Positions 1-6,961 of a stretch of 60,712 nucleotides of DNA are shown piece by piece. The notes under the pieces are model-generated. The model was not told the DNA's origin. It ran no database searches and worked only from the letters and a program-made list of their open reading frames with translations. The first letter of the stretch is position 1. Each line of letters begins with the position of its first letter. Location of the stretch: IMG/VR virus record IMGVR_UViG_3300032456_000003, positions 1-60,712 of that record; one strand, 5' to 3'. A program made the translations under genes and the position numbers. This DNA comes from a virus.

Positions 1-127
1 CGTCGCCCGACGAACGCTGGCAAGGTAGATCACCGACCGCCCTTCTCATCCTCCGAGTTGCGGGTGGACTCGATCCGCCCGTCCATCATGGCGTCCCACG
101 CACCCCTTGCGCGGGTCACCACGGCAT
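1..127. repeat. terminal overlap identical to 60586-60712 (circular assembly signature)
   Basis: The first 127 nt (cgtcgcccgacgaacgctgg...caccacggcat) recur verbatim as the last 127 nt of the window. Confidence 0.9.
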
Positions 128-494
128 ACTCCGAGACAGGTGCCAGCGTGGTGAGCGCCAGCTTGTTGCCATCGATAAAAGCCGCCCACTCCTTGAAGAG
201 CGGGTGCGCCAGCAGAGCGGCATCGCATGCCGCTCTTGATTCACGCATGGCCCGCTCGGCCTCGCCTCGAACTGGCGAGTTCCACGGGAACTCGTCCCAG
301 TTGAGCGATGCGTTGGCCCGGATTGCGCACCCGACCGGCAATCCTAGCTCCAGCAGGAGCGTCTCCATACGACAGTACATGTCTGCGTTCATGGCGTGCA
401 TGCGGCTGATGTACCGGAAGGCGTCATATTGCGACGCCATCTCTCGGCCCGCCCCGCCAATTGCGGGCATGAGCCAGTAACTCTCTAGGTTCAT
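30..494 (-). CDS. hypothetical protein (154 aa), second gene of early operon P2
   Basis: Full minus-strand ORF. An AAGGAG SD lies 6 nt upstream of the ATG at 494. It follows the T-arm-like hairpin 521-571, and its 3' end lies inside the terminal overlap. Confidence 0.6.
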   Translation of the reverse strand: MNLESYWLMPAIGGAGREMASQYDAFRYISRMHAMNADMYCRMETLLLELGLPVGCAIRANASLNWDEFPWNSPVRGEAERAMRESRAACDAALLAHPLFKEWAAFIDGNKLALTTLAPVSEYAVVTRARGAWDAMMDGRIESTRNSEDEKGGR

Positions 495-520
495 GTCTAA
501 CTCCTTATGACAGGTGTTCG

Positions 521-571
521 GTCACAATCCCCGGCGCGGGAGTCGAACCCGCGCTACACCATCGGGGCGGG
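521..571 (-). promoter_or_regulatory. tRNA T-arm/acceptor-like minihelix, copy 1 (cis RNA element)
   Basis: The minus strand reads CCCCG-AUGGUGUA-GCGCGGG-UUCGACU-CCCGCGC-CGGGG-AUUGUGACCGAAC. The 7-nt loop fits the T-loop consensus UUCRANY. It sits between the stop of 572-826 and the SD of 30-494. Confidence 0.6.
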
Positions 572-826
572 TCAGGCGTCAGTTGATTCGGCGTCCTCGG
601 CAGGGATGCCGTAGAGGATCATTTCGTATTCGTCCCTTGCGGCGGCTTCTGCCGCCGCAAATTCCGGCATCGTGTTGTCGATGCCAACCGCAAGCAAGCG
701 GTCGCCGTCCTCGATCTCAAGCCCCGTCCAGTCGCGGCCGATCTCGTTGTTGGCGAGTACATGATTCGCCAACGACCGGCCGCACTTGCGACCTGTCTCA
801 ACGGCGAGAATCATCAGGGTTGTCAT
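572..826 (-). CDS. hypothetical small protein (84 aa), first gene behind promoter P2
   Basis: Track ORF 572-874 trimmed to the ATG at 826 (MTTLMILAV...). This ATG is preceded by a CCGGAG SD and the conserved leader GTGTAAGGAAGAACGAC. The longer form would start inside that leader. Confidence 0.55.
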   Translation of the reverse strand: MTTLMILAVETGRKCGRSLANHVLANNEIGRDWTGLEIEDGDRLLAVGIDNTMPEFAAAEAAARDEYEMILYGIPAEDAESTDA

Positions 827-876
827 GGTCAGGACTCCGGTTCGCGTTTCGTTTCGTCGTTCTTCCTTACACATTC

Positions 877-928
877 ATAGTACGTCACTCGACATTCTAA
901 GTCAATGTCATTCGACGGATTATTTAGG
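877..928 (-). promoter_or_regulatory. early promoter P2 (TTGACT-17-TACTAT) plus 28-nt upstream block shared with P1
   Basis: On the minus strand the -35 TTGACT is at 900-905 and the -10 TACTAT at 877-882, with a 17-nt spacer. The block GTCAATGTCATTCGACGGATTATTTAGG (901-928) is identical to 60264-60291. Confidence 0.6.
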
Positions 929-930
929 AA

Positions 931-960
931 TTATTCGGAGGTGAGCCGATTTCCGAATAA
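931..960. promoter_or_regulatory. perfect 9-bp inverted repeat upstream of P2 (candidate operator)
   Basis: TTATTCGGA (931-939), a 12-nt spacer, then TCCGAATAA (952-960), in an AT-rich non-coding stretch. Confidence 0.4.
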
Positions 961-1041
961 TCTTCGGAAATTTACGTCGCATGAAGCGTTATACTGTTGC
1001 AGGCTACGGGATGTGGATGTGGATGGTGCGAACGCCGAAGG

Positions 1042-1061
1042 CTACTGGAGAGATCCAGTAG
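1042..1061 (-). terminator. stem-loop downstream of gene 1073-1699 (weak terminator candidate)
   Basis: CTACTGGA-gaga-TCCAGTAG forms an 8-bp perfect stem 12 nt after the stop codon. There is no U-tract. Confidence 0.3.
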
Positions 1062-1072
1062 CCCTTTGCGTT

Positions 1073-1699
1073 TCACGCGGCCTGGTCATCGATCCAGATC
1101 GTTAATTGCTTCCAGCCGACCCCTTCGGCCTGCTCTCGCCGCTTCCGCCGGCGGCCTCCCCGCGCCACGTCCCGCACGACGACGAAGCCCTCGGGCACGC
1201 GATGTTCCGGTGGTGAGCTGGCACGCACTCCGGACTCCTTCCAGATCGCGCTGACGATGGCCCGCAGGCCGTCGTCAGCGAAGTGCCGTTGCAGCGTCTC
1301 GGCGGCTTCCATCGGGTCGTAGGAAATGACGATGCTTGCCCCGTTCCGCATTGCCTCCTGGCACAACTTCCGACGAACGCTGCCGTTTCGATTCCGCACC
1401 CCGGCCGTCTCGTCGTGATCGTCACCCGTCGGCCAGGTCGCGTCGTCGGGATGAAAGAGCAACTGCCCCTTGCGGGCACGCTCGGCAAGGACTGCCTCCT
1501 TCGCCTCGGTGCCGGGCAAGGCGTCCGTCGGCGAGTCCGGCAGCGACCTTTCCTCGTCGTCCGTCGGCTCGGGCAGAATCACCTCCATCAATGCCGACAT
1601 CATGCCCCGCTCGATCGAGAGCAGAGCACAGGCGCGGTCGAGCCGTTCGAGAATGGTCAATTCGGAAAGCAGAATCTCATTCTGGACGGGAAAAATCAT
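1073..1699 (-). CDS. hypothetical protein (208 aa)
   Basis: Track ORF 1073-1750 trimmed to the ATG at 1699 (MIFPVQNEILL...), which has a purine-rich GGGAAGGGG upstream. No recognisable motifs. Confidence 0.5.
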   Translation of the reverse strand: MIFPVQNEILLSELTILERLDRACALLSIERGMMSALMEVILPEPTDDEERSLPDSPTDALPGTEAKEAVLAERARKGQLLFHPDDATWPTGDDHDETAGVRNRNGSVRRKLCQEAMRNGASIVISYDPMEAAETLQRHFADDGLRAIVSAIWKESGVRASSPPEHRVPEGFVVVRDVARGGRRRKRREQAEGVGWKQLTIWIDDQAA

Positions 1700-1810
1700 A
1701 ACGGCCCCTTCCCGCTGTGATATATTATCCACAGCGGTCAGGGGCCGCATTCAACGAAGCCTCGGGGTGGATCATACCCCGAGGCTCCTTTCGTCGATGT
1801 GATCGACATC

Positions 1811-2167
1811 CTACCGGAAATTGCCGACCGGATTCCAGGGCACGAAAGGCCCGCCCACGACCGGCTGGTAGTAGTACGTCCTGCCGATCTGGGCAGGGTA
1901 GGTCGCAGGTGCTACGGGCTGCGGGCTTGCCGTCGCGAAGGTCCAAACCAGCGGGGCTTGCGGGGCTTGCTGGACTGCGGCCTGCATCGGCAACCCCGGC
2001 CAGCAGACCCCGTCAGCGCACCGCATCGGGGCATAGGTCGCCACAGGAGCAGGGCGGCAGATTCCTCCGAAGCACTGAGCCGAGGCCTCCGTCGCGATTG
2101 CCGCAACAGCGAGCACGGCGAGTAGCAACAGAAGGACGGTTCGTAGGGCATAGCTGTTCTGCTTCAT
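1811..2167 (-). CDS. secreted cysteine-containing protein with signal peptide (118 aa)
   Basis: MKQNSYALRTVLLLLLAVLAVAAIATEASAQ has an n-h-c signal peptide layout. A GGAGG SD lies 5 nt upstream of the ATG at 2167. Confidence 0.55.
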   Translation of the reverse strand: MKQNSYALRTVLLLLLAVLAVAAIATEASAQCFGGICRPAPVATYAPMRCADGVCWPGLPMQAAVQQAPQAPLVWTFATASPQPVAPATYPAQIGRTYYYQPVVGGPFVPWNPVGNFR

Positions 2168-2190
2168 AGTTGCCTCCATTCGTTATCGAT

Positions 2191-2308
2191 CACATCGTCA
2201 GCCCGAACCAGGTGGAAGATTTCATTTTCCTGACCACAAGCGACCGCACATGCTGAAGATCAGAACCACCAGCACCAGGGCCGCCATTGCCTGCTCTGAT
2301 TCTGTCAT
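2191..2308. repeat. partial duplication of the 5' end of gene 3798-4274 (matches 4129-4274)
   Basis: Shared strings include cccgaaccagg(t/c)ggaagatttcattttcctg and ccagggccgccattgcctgctc. This copy lacks about 30 nt that are present in the other. Confidence 0.7.
2222..2308 (-). pseudogene. truncated paralogue of the N-terminal TM segment of 3798-4274 (28 codons)
   Basis: MTESEQAMAALVLVVLIFSMCGRLWSGK* compares with MTASEQAMAALALVAFGIAACAVVWG. The internal deletion shifts the frame. An ATGA overlap links it to a 20-codon upstream ORF. Confidence 0.3.
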
Positions 2309-2456
2309 TTGATGGCCCCCACCCGCGTCCAGCGGCGGACACCCAGCGGCGGATTCTGATTTTCCATGACTTTCTCCTGGTCAGGTATCGGATCACAAAC
2401 CCCAACGACATCGTCGAAGGGGAAATGAAAACCCGCTCCGGGTGAAGGGGGAACAA

Positions 2457-2484
2457 GCCGCCGGCCGCGACCAGAGCCGGCGGC
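2457..2484 (-). terminator. intrinsic-terminator-like hairpin after gene 2502-2852
   Basis: GCCGCCGGC, a 10-nt loop, then GCCGGCGGC give a 9-bp GC stem followed by UUGUU on the minus strand. It sits 17 nt after the stop codon. Confidence 0.4.
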
Positions 2485-2501
2485 CCCCGGAGCGGGGTAG
2501 A

Positions 2502-2852
2502 TTACGAGGGCTTGCCGCCGATGACCGCGCGAGCCAGAAGGTTCAGCAACCACGGCAGCACAAAACTCATCAGCATCCCGGACACCGGCACGGCACCCAC
2601 GACCGTAGCCCCGTCCTGCTTCGCCGAGTGGCAAAGAACGATGGCCTCCAACTGGTCGGCGACGCCGTCATCGGTCAACGGCTCCGAGTCGCCCACGACC
2701 AGCGGCAGCGGGGTGCTTCCGAGCTTCCCGCGCAGCCACAGCACCAGGGCCAGCCCCGGATCGATTGCGTTCCACAGATTACCGCTGCGGATCGCCTTGA
2801 CCAGATTCATGACATCCGCGCGCGGCATGTCCAGCAAATCGAGCAGGTCCAT
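2502..2852 (-). CDS. hypothetical protein with hydrophobic C-terminus (116 aa)
   Basis: Track ORF trimmed to the ATG at 2852 (MDLLDLLDMPRAD...), which has a GGGGGAG SD. The C-terminal SGMLMSFVLPWLLNLLARAVIGG looks like a TM helix. Confidence 0.5.
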   Translation of the reverse strand: MDLLDLLDMPRADVMNLVKAIRSGNLWNAIDPGLALVLWLRGKLGSTPLPLVVGDSEPLTDDGVADQLEAIVLCHSAKQDGATVVGAVPVSGMLMSFVLPWLLNLLARAVIGGKPS

Positions 2853-2866
2853 ATCTCCCCCTTTGT

Positions 2867-3805
2867 TCAGACTCCGAAAATCCAGTCGAGCGGCTTGACC
2901 GGGAATCCGCTGACGCCGCTGAGGGCGAACGAATCGCCCTGACGAAGCATACCCTCGATGACATTCCAGTCCGCGCAAAAACAACCCTCGGGCAGCTCGA
3001 TCCGCTTGCCGGTGTGGTCCTCGACGACCGGCTCACCCTTGAGGTTATCGCCCCAGGAATTCTGGACCACGAACGCGCGGCCCCGGTTCTTCGTGGTCAG
3101 GCGGCCTCGGAGAACCATGCAGTGCTGCCAGATTCCGCTCGCCTCGCAAAACCCGCCCTGGAGCGTCGTCGTGAAGCCCTGGCTCGAACAGACCGGGACC
3201 GGGTAGCCGCTACCCAGCGCCACCCACGCCTCCCGCGAACTCTTTACCTGCGCGACCGTTCTCACCGGGTACTTCTTCGCGATCGGCTCCAGCGAGTCCG
3301 GGCATCCCGAATAGCCCCATTCCCTGGCCCTGGACTCGTTGTACTCTCGCAGGTCGATGGCCCCGTAGACGCCGCGAACGAGCACGCCCCATCGCGTCAG
3401 CCACTGGCCAGCCCATGCACCTAACGAGCCGTCGCCTCTGATCTGACCGCCTCCGATCTCGACCCGCGAGCCTGCATAGATCGGCTCCGTCGCGACCTCG
3501 CCAGGAAACGTCCCAACCCCCCGGACCGCGTCGATGGCCAGGAGGTCGTTCGCGCCTCGGCCCCAGCCAAAGGCGACGCAAGTCCCCACCGCCCCCTGGC
3601 TCCACGACTTGCCCGGCCGGCCGAACAGTTGCCGCTCGGCATCCCACAGGCACGCGGTTTTGTCGTCGAGCGGGTCGTCCAGCCCCTCGCCGACGAGGCC
3701 GAAGATGGCCGGCATACCCTGCTGTGCGGCCATATATTGCATTGCCGTCTGAACCGATGCCGGATCATCGACCCAGCCCGGCGGCGAAAGCATCGCGTCA
3801 CTCAT
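2867..3805 (-). CDS. papain-like (C1-type) cysteine peptidase, candidate lysis enzyme
   Basis: QGAVGTCVAFGW (Cys context), WQHCMVLRG (His) and VVQNSWG (Asn-Ser-Trp-Gly) occur in canonical order. A GGGGAGGA SD lies 5 nt before the ATG at 3805. Confidence 0.6.
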   Translation of the reverse strand: MSDAMLSPPGWVDDPASVQTAMQYMAAQQGMPAIFGLVGEGLDDPLDDKTACLWDAERQLFGRPGKSWSQGAVGTCVAFGWGRGANDLLAIDAVRGVGTFPGEVATEPIYAGSRVEIGGGQIRGDGSLGAWAGQWLTRWGVLVRGVYGAIDLREYNESRAREWGYSGCPDSLEPIAKKYPVRTVAQVKSSREAWVALGSGYPVPVCSSQGFTTTLQGGFCEASGIWQHCMVLRGRLTTKNRGRAFVVQNSWGDNLKGEPVVEDHTGKRIELPEGCFCADWNVIEGMLRQGDSFALSGVSGFPVKPLDWIFGV

Positions 3806-4274
3806 CGGAGTCCTCCCCTGCTGCAACAGTCAGTTCGCGGATTTTGTCGAGGAGCCGATAGTACTGGTCTGCCCAGTAGTCCAGGCTCTTATTCAGGGTC
3901 TCGGCGAGGCTACGGGCCTCGTCCCGTTCGTCCGTGGCCGCGTTCATTCGGGCGATGGTTTCCTTCGCCCCACGCTCCATGCCGGAGAGGTGTCCTTCCA
4001 ACTCGCGAACCCTGGCCGCGAGCTTGTCCCGCACTTCGATCAGGAGTTCGGCTCGATCCCAATCGTCATTCGCTTCCTCTTGGTTTCGCGCGGCCTCTGC
4101 CATGTGCTTCTTGACTTCGTCATCGAGCACATCGCCGGCCCGAACCAGGCGGAAGATTTCATTTTCCTGCTCGTCGAGTTTTTTTTGCCGGTCCATACCC
4201 CAGACGACCGCACATGCCGCGATGCCGAAAGCCACCAGCGCCAGGGCCGCCATTGCCTGCTCCGATGCGGTCAT
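3798..4274 (-). CDS. membrane-anchored coiled-coil protein (spanin-like/lysis accessory)
   Basis: MTASEQAMAALALVAFGIAACAVVWG is an N-terminal TM segment, followed by a charged heptad-rich region. ATGA overlaps link it to both neighbours. Confidence 0.5.
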   Translation of the reverse strand: MTASEQAMAALALVAFGIAACAVVWGMDRQKKLDEQENEIFRLVRAGDVLDDEVKKHMAEAARNQEEANDDWDRAELLIEVRDKLAARVRELEGHLSGMERGAKETIARMNAATDERDEARSLAETLNKSLDYWADQYYRLLDKIRELTVAAGEDSDE

Positions 4275-4432
4275 CGAGTGTCCTCCAAAGACTTGATCCA
4301 TTCGCGCAGATTGCCGATCTCATGCCCGGCATCCCGAATCTCTTTGCGGAGTTCGGCGACGCGCCACCGGAGACGTAGCAGTTCGGCGAAGGCGATCGCC
4401 ACCAGCAGCATCCAGCCGAAATCAATAGTCAT
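4271..4432 (-). CDS. small single-TM protein (53 aa, below the ORF-track cutoff)
   Basis: MTIDFGWMLLVAIAFAELLRLRW... Its ATG at 4432 overlaps the stop of 4429-5100 (ATGA), and its stop overlaps the ATG at 4274. Confidence 0.4.
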   Translation of the reverse strand: MTIDFGWMLLVAIAFAELLRLRWRVAELRKEIRDAGHEIGNLREWIKSLEDTR

Positions 4433-5100
4433 TTCACGGCCTCCAAAGCCTTCGCGATTGCCTCGAACAGCGACGCCCCGGCCGCACGCTTTGCCGCCGT
4501 CAGTTCCATTGTCGGGTCGGCTCCGAGCACCTGCAACGTCAACGCCCCGGCGTAACGCTTCACGTCCGTCAGTCCCTCGCCCACGCCCGCCGCGTTGCGC
4601 GAGATTGCCGTCGCTAGCATCCCCGTCGTAAGGTACTGCCGGTCGGACGAAATGCCGGAAGCCACGCGATAGAGCGCCGCCAGCCGGTCCTTAACCTGAC
4701 GTTTTTGCTCGTGGGGAATCGGTTCCGCATCGAAGAGTTTTTGAAACTCCGCTGCGACCGGGTCGGAAGGCTGCGGAGGTTTTGGCGGGGTCGGCACGCC
4801 GACCGTCAAAACGCAAATGCTGGCCTCGGTCGGTACGCCTTCGAGCGCACTCCAGCACGCGATTCGGTAGACGCCCGCCTTGGGGCTGCTGACGATCGCC
4901 CACCGCCCGTTCTCGATCGGGATCAGATCCAGATTGTCGGGGTCCGGGTTCAACCAGCGAACCACCTTGCCCGTGCCCTCGGCCTCGATCTTGATCAGCC
5001 GCCCCGGCTCGCTCTTGAGGGTCGCCGGAATGGCCGGGTCGGCTGCGATGACGCAGGCGCACGCCACCGCCCCGAAGAATGTGAATAGTGCTCGGGTCAT
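4429..5100 (-). CDS. secreted protein with signal peptide (223 aa)
   Basis: MTRALFTFFGAVACACVIAADP is a signal peptide. There is a Pro-rich linker PTPPKPPQPSDP. An ATGA overlap links it to the upstream gene. Confidence 0.55.
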   Translation of the reverse strand: MTRALFTFFGAVACACVIAADPAIPATLKSEPGRLIKIEAEGTGKVVRWLNPDPDNLDLIPIENGRWAIVSSPKAGVYRIACWSALEGVPTEASICVLTVGVPTPPKPPQPSDPVAAEFQKLFDAEPIPHEQKRQVKDRLAALYRVASGISSDRQYLTTGMLATAISRNAAGVGEGLTDVKRYAGALTLQVLGADPTMELTAAKRAAGASLFEAIAKALEAVK

Positions 5101-5492
5101 GGTTTTTTCTCCCCCTCGATTTTTTCTTTGATTCCCTTGTGGTCCGCGTGGATCATCATTCGGAGTTCGAGGATTGCCTGCCGCTGCTCCTGTACGGACT
5201 GCGACAGACTGGCAATCGAACCCGACAGCGTGCCCACGGTTTGCACGGTCTCGCGCGTCAGCGCGAAGAGCGTCATGGTCGTCTGCTGGTGGCGGATGTC
5301 CTGCTCGCGCACGGCCGACAGTACATCGACCCGCGTAGCACTCAGTCCGGACTCGATGCGGACCACCAGCCCCACCAAAGAATCCGCTTGCGTCCTGTCC
5401 CGAGATTTCTGGAATTCCAGGAAATACCAGAGTGCTACTAGCAGCCCGATTGTCTGGCCAATATGCGGCACAAGCTGCATCATGTCACCCAT
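5097..5492 (-). CDS. membrane protein with coiled-coil C-terminus (131 aa)
   Basis: Trimmed to the ATG at 5492, which has a GGGAGGG SD 6 nt upstream. The TM segment is IGQTIGLLVALWYFLEF. Confidence 0.5.
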   Translation of the reverse strand: MGDMMQLVPHIGQTIGLLVALWYFLEFQKSRDRTQADSLVGLVVRIESGLSATRVDVLSAVREQDIRHQQTTMTLFALTRETVQTVGTLSGSIASLSQSVQEQRQAILELRMMIHADHKGIKEKIEGEKKP

Positions 5493-6108
5493 CCGATACC
5501 CTCCCACGGATCTCGGCGAGGTGCCCGCGCAACTCCATCGCCTCGCGATGCAGATGCAAGTCCGCTTGCAAGCGGTTGGCGAGTTCCTGCAAATCGGTAG
5601 CTTTTCGCTCGGCGACTTCTCGCAACCGCCTTGCCTCGGTCTCTGCTACTCTCGCCTCTACCTCTGCCACTCTCGCCTTGTGCGACTGCTCGCCGAATTC
5701 CTCCGTGGTCGGATGGGCCAGCAGCGCGCGAGTCACCGGGAACGCCGCCACGAACATCGCGGAACCAGCGACTGCTGTCAGCGCGTCCCAAACGACGATG
5801 ATCGTGGGCATGTCCCAGAGATCGTGCAGGTAGTATTCCGGGTGGCAAAAAACGAGGACGTTCCAGATTCGTCTGGTGCCAGAAAGAAGCATGAAAGCGA
5901 AGAATGCAATCATCATCCATTTGGCCGGCAAATGATGCCGGCTGCGGGAGTGTGCCCAGCCGTAGCAAAGAACGATTGGGAAAAGCAAGAATGCGATAGC
6001 CACAATCGAATTTGATACCTGGCTCATGACGACGAGCCACACTGGCCACTCCGCGCCGTTTCCCGATGCAAACCAACTCGCGTCGGCAAGAAATCTTAAC
6101 TGGGTCAT
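5485..6108 (-). CDS. multi-pass membrane protein with C-terminal coiled coil (207 aa)
   Basis: Trimmed to the ATG at 6108 (MTQLRFLADAS...), which has a GGGGGAAAAA SD. Several hydrophobic helices are followed by VAEVEARVAETEARRLREVAERK. Confidence 0.5.
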   Translation of the reverse strand: MTQLRFLADASWFASGNGAEWPVWLVVMSQVSNSIVAIAFLLFPIVLCYGWAHSRSRHHLPAKWMMIAFFAFMLLSGTRRIWNVLVFCHPEYYLHDLWDMPTIIVVWDALTAVAGSAMFVAAFPVTRALLAHPTTEEFGEQSHKARVAEVEARVAETEARRLREVAERKATDLQELANRLQADLHLHREAMELRGHLAEIRGRVSDG

Positions 6109-6170
6109 TTTTCCCCCTGCGCTGGCGTGTTGTGATGCGCCAGATCCTACCCGATCCGTTCTTCCGGCTC

Positions 6171-6929
6171 TCACGCGCGGAGCCTTTTAAGCCACCCGCT
6201 CATCCGTGGATGCCGCACCACATGCTCATCCAGGAACCGCACCACGCCCACGCCGGCGGCACCTTCGAGCCGCTCGACGAACCACGGCAGCCCGCCCTTG
6301 CCAGCGGGCAAATCCGATTGCTCTGGATCGCCCAGCACGATCAGTTTCGCCCCCTCGCCCACGCGAGACAGCACCAGGAGAAGCTCCGCCCGCGTGCAAT
6401 TTTGCGCCTCATCCAGCACCACGATCTCATGTCGGAACGTGCGGCCGCGCAGATACGCGAGAGCTTGCGGCTTCAGATTTTCAGCGGGGAATTTGCCCGG
6501 CCCCTTGAGCGGAACGACGCAACCCAGAGCCTCGAAAAACGCGGCGTAGTGCGGGCCGAGTTTGTCATCGACCTCGCCAGGCAGAAAGCCGAGCCGCTGA
6601 TTGCCAGCCTCGACGGCCGGACGAATCAGCGTGATGTGGTCGGCGTATCCATCGAGAACCTCGCGCGCTGCCAGGGCCATCGCGACGACGGTTTTGCCCG
6701 CGCCCGCTGGCCCCGGCATGATGAGGATATCCACGCCGGCGAACAATCCCCATGCTTGGCTCTGCGGCTCGTTGCGAGGCCGAAACCGAAAGGTGATCGG
6801 GATGGGTGCCACGGGTGCCGTGGCGATCTCCGCTGGCTGCGGTCGCCCCTTGCGTTCCTTTTGCTTTTGCCCCTCCTGTGGGCCTCGCTTCGAGCCGCGA
6901 CGTTTGAAATTCCAGGGACGTTTCGCCAT
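6171..6929 (-). CDS. phoH: PhoH-like ATPase
   Basis: It has Walker A GPAGAGKT, LGFLPGEVDDKLGPH, YLRGRTF, Walker B VVLDEAQN and GDPEQSDL. These are the characteristic PhoH family motifs in order. Confidence 0.85.
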   Translation of the reverse strand: MAKRPWNFKRRGSKRGPQEGQKQKERKGRPQPAEIATAPVAPIPITFRFRPRNEPQSQAWGLFAGVDILIMPGPAGAGKTVVAMALAAREVLDGYADHITLIRPAVEAGNQRLGFLPGEVDDKLGPHYAAFFEALGCVVPLKGPGKFPAENLKPQALAYLRGRTFRHEIVVLDEAQNCTRAELLLVLSRVGEGAKLIVLGDPEQSDLPAGKGGLPWFVERLEGAAGVGVVRFLDEHVVRHPRMSGWLKRLRA

Positions 6930-6961
6930 GAGCGCCTCGCCTCGGTTGTTTGAGATTGGGT

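Noticed and set aside
1-127. The terminal repeat as a physical direct terminal repeat of the virion DNA.
   Set aside because: 127 nt equals a commonly used maximal assembler k-mer, and genes run uninterrupted across the junction. It is treated as a circularisation artefact unless read data say otherwise.
905-1105. Plus-strand ORF in the P2 regulatory region.
   Set aside because: It overlaps the promoter, operator and hairpin elements, has no SD and is low in complexity. The region is better explained as non-coding control DNA.
2190-2456. ORFs 2190-2456 and 4159-4425, which share DRIRAGNGGPGAGG, as a conserved protein pair.
   Set aside because: The similarity comes from the duplicated DNA segment read out of frame. 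The in-frame reading gives the TM protein 3798-4274 and its truncated copy.
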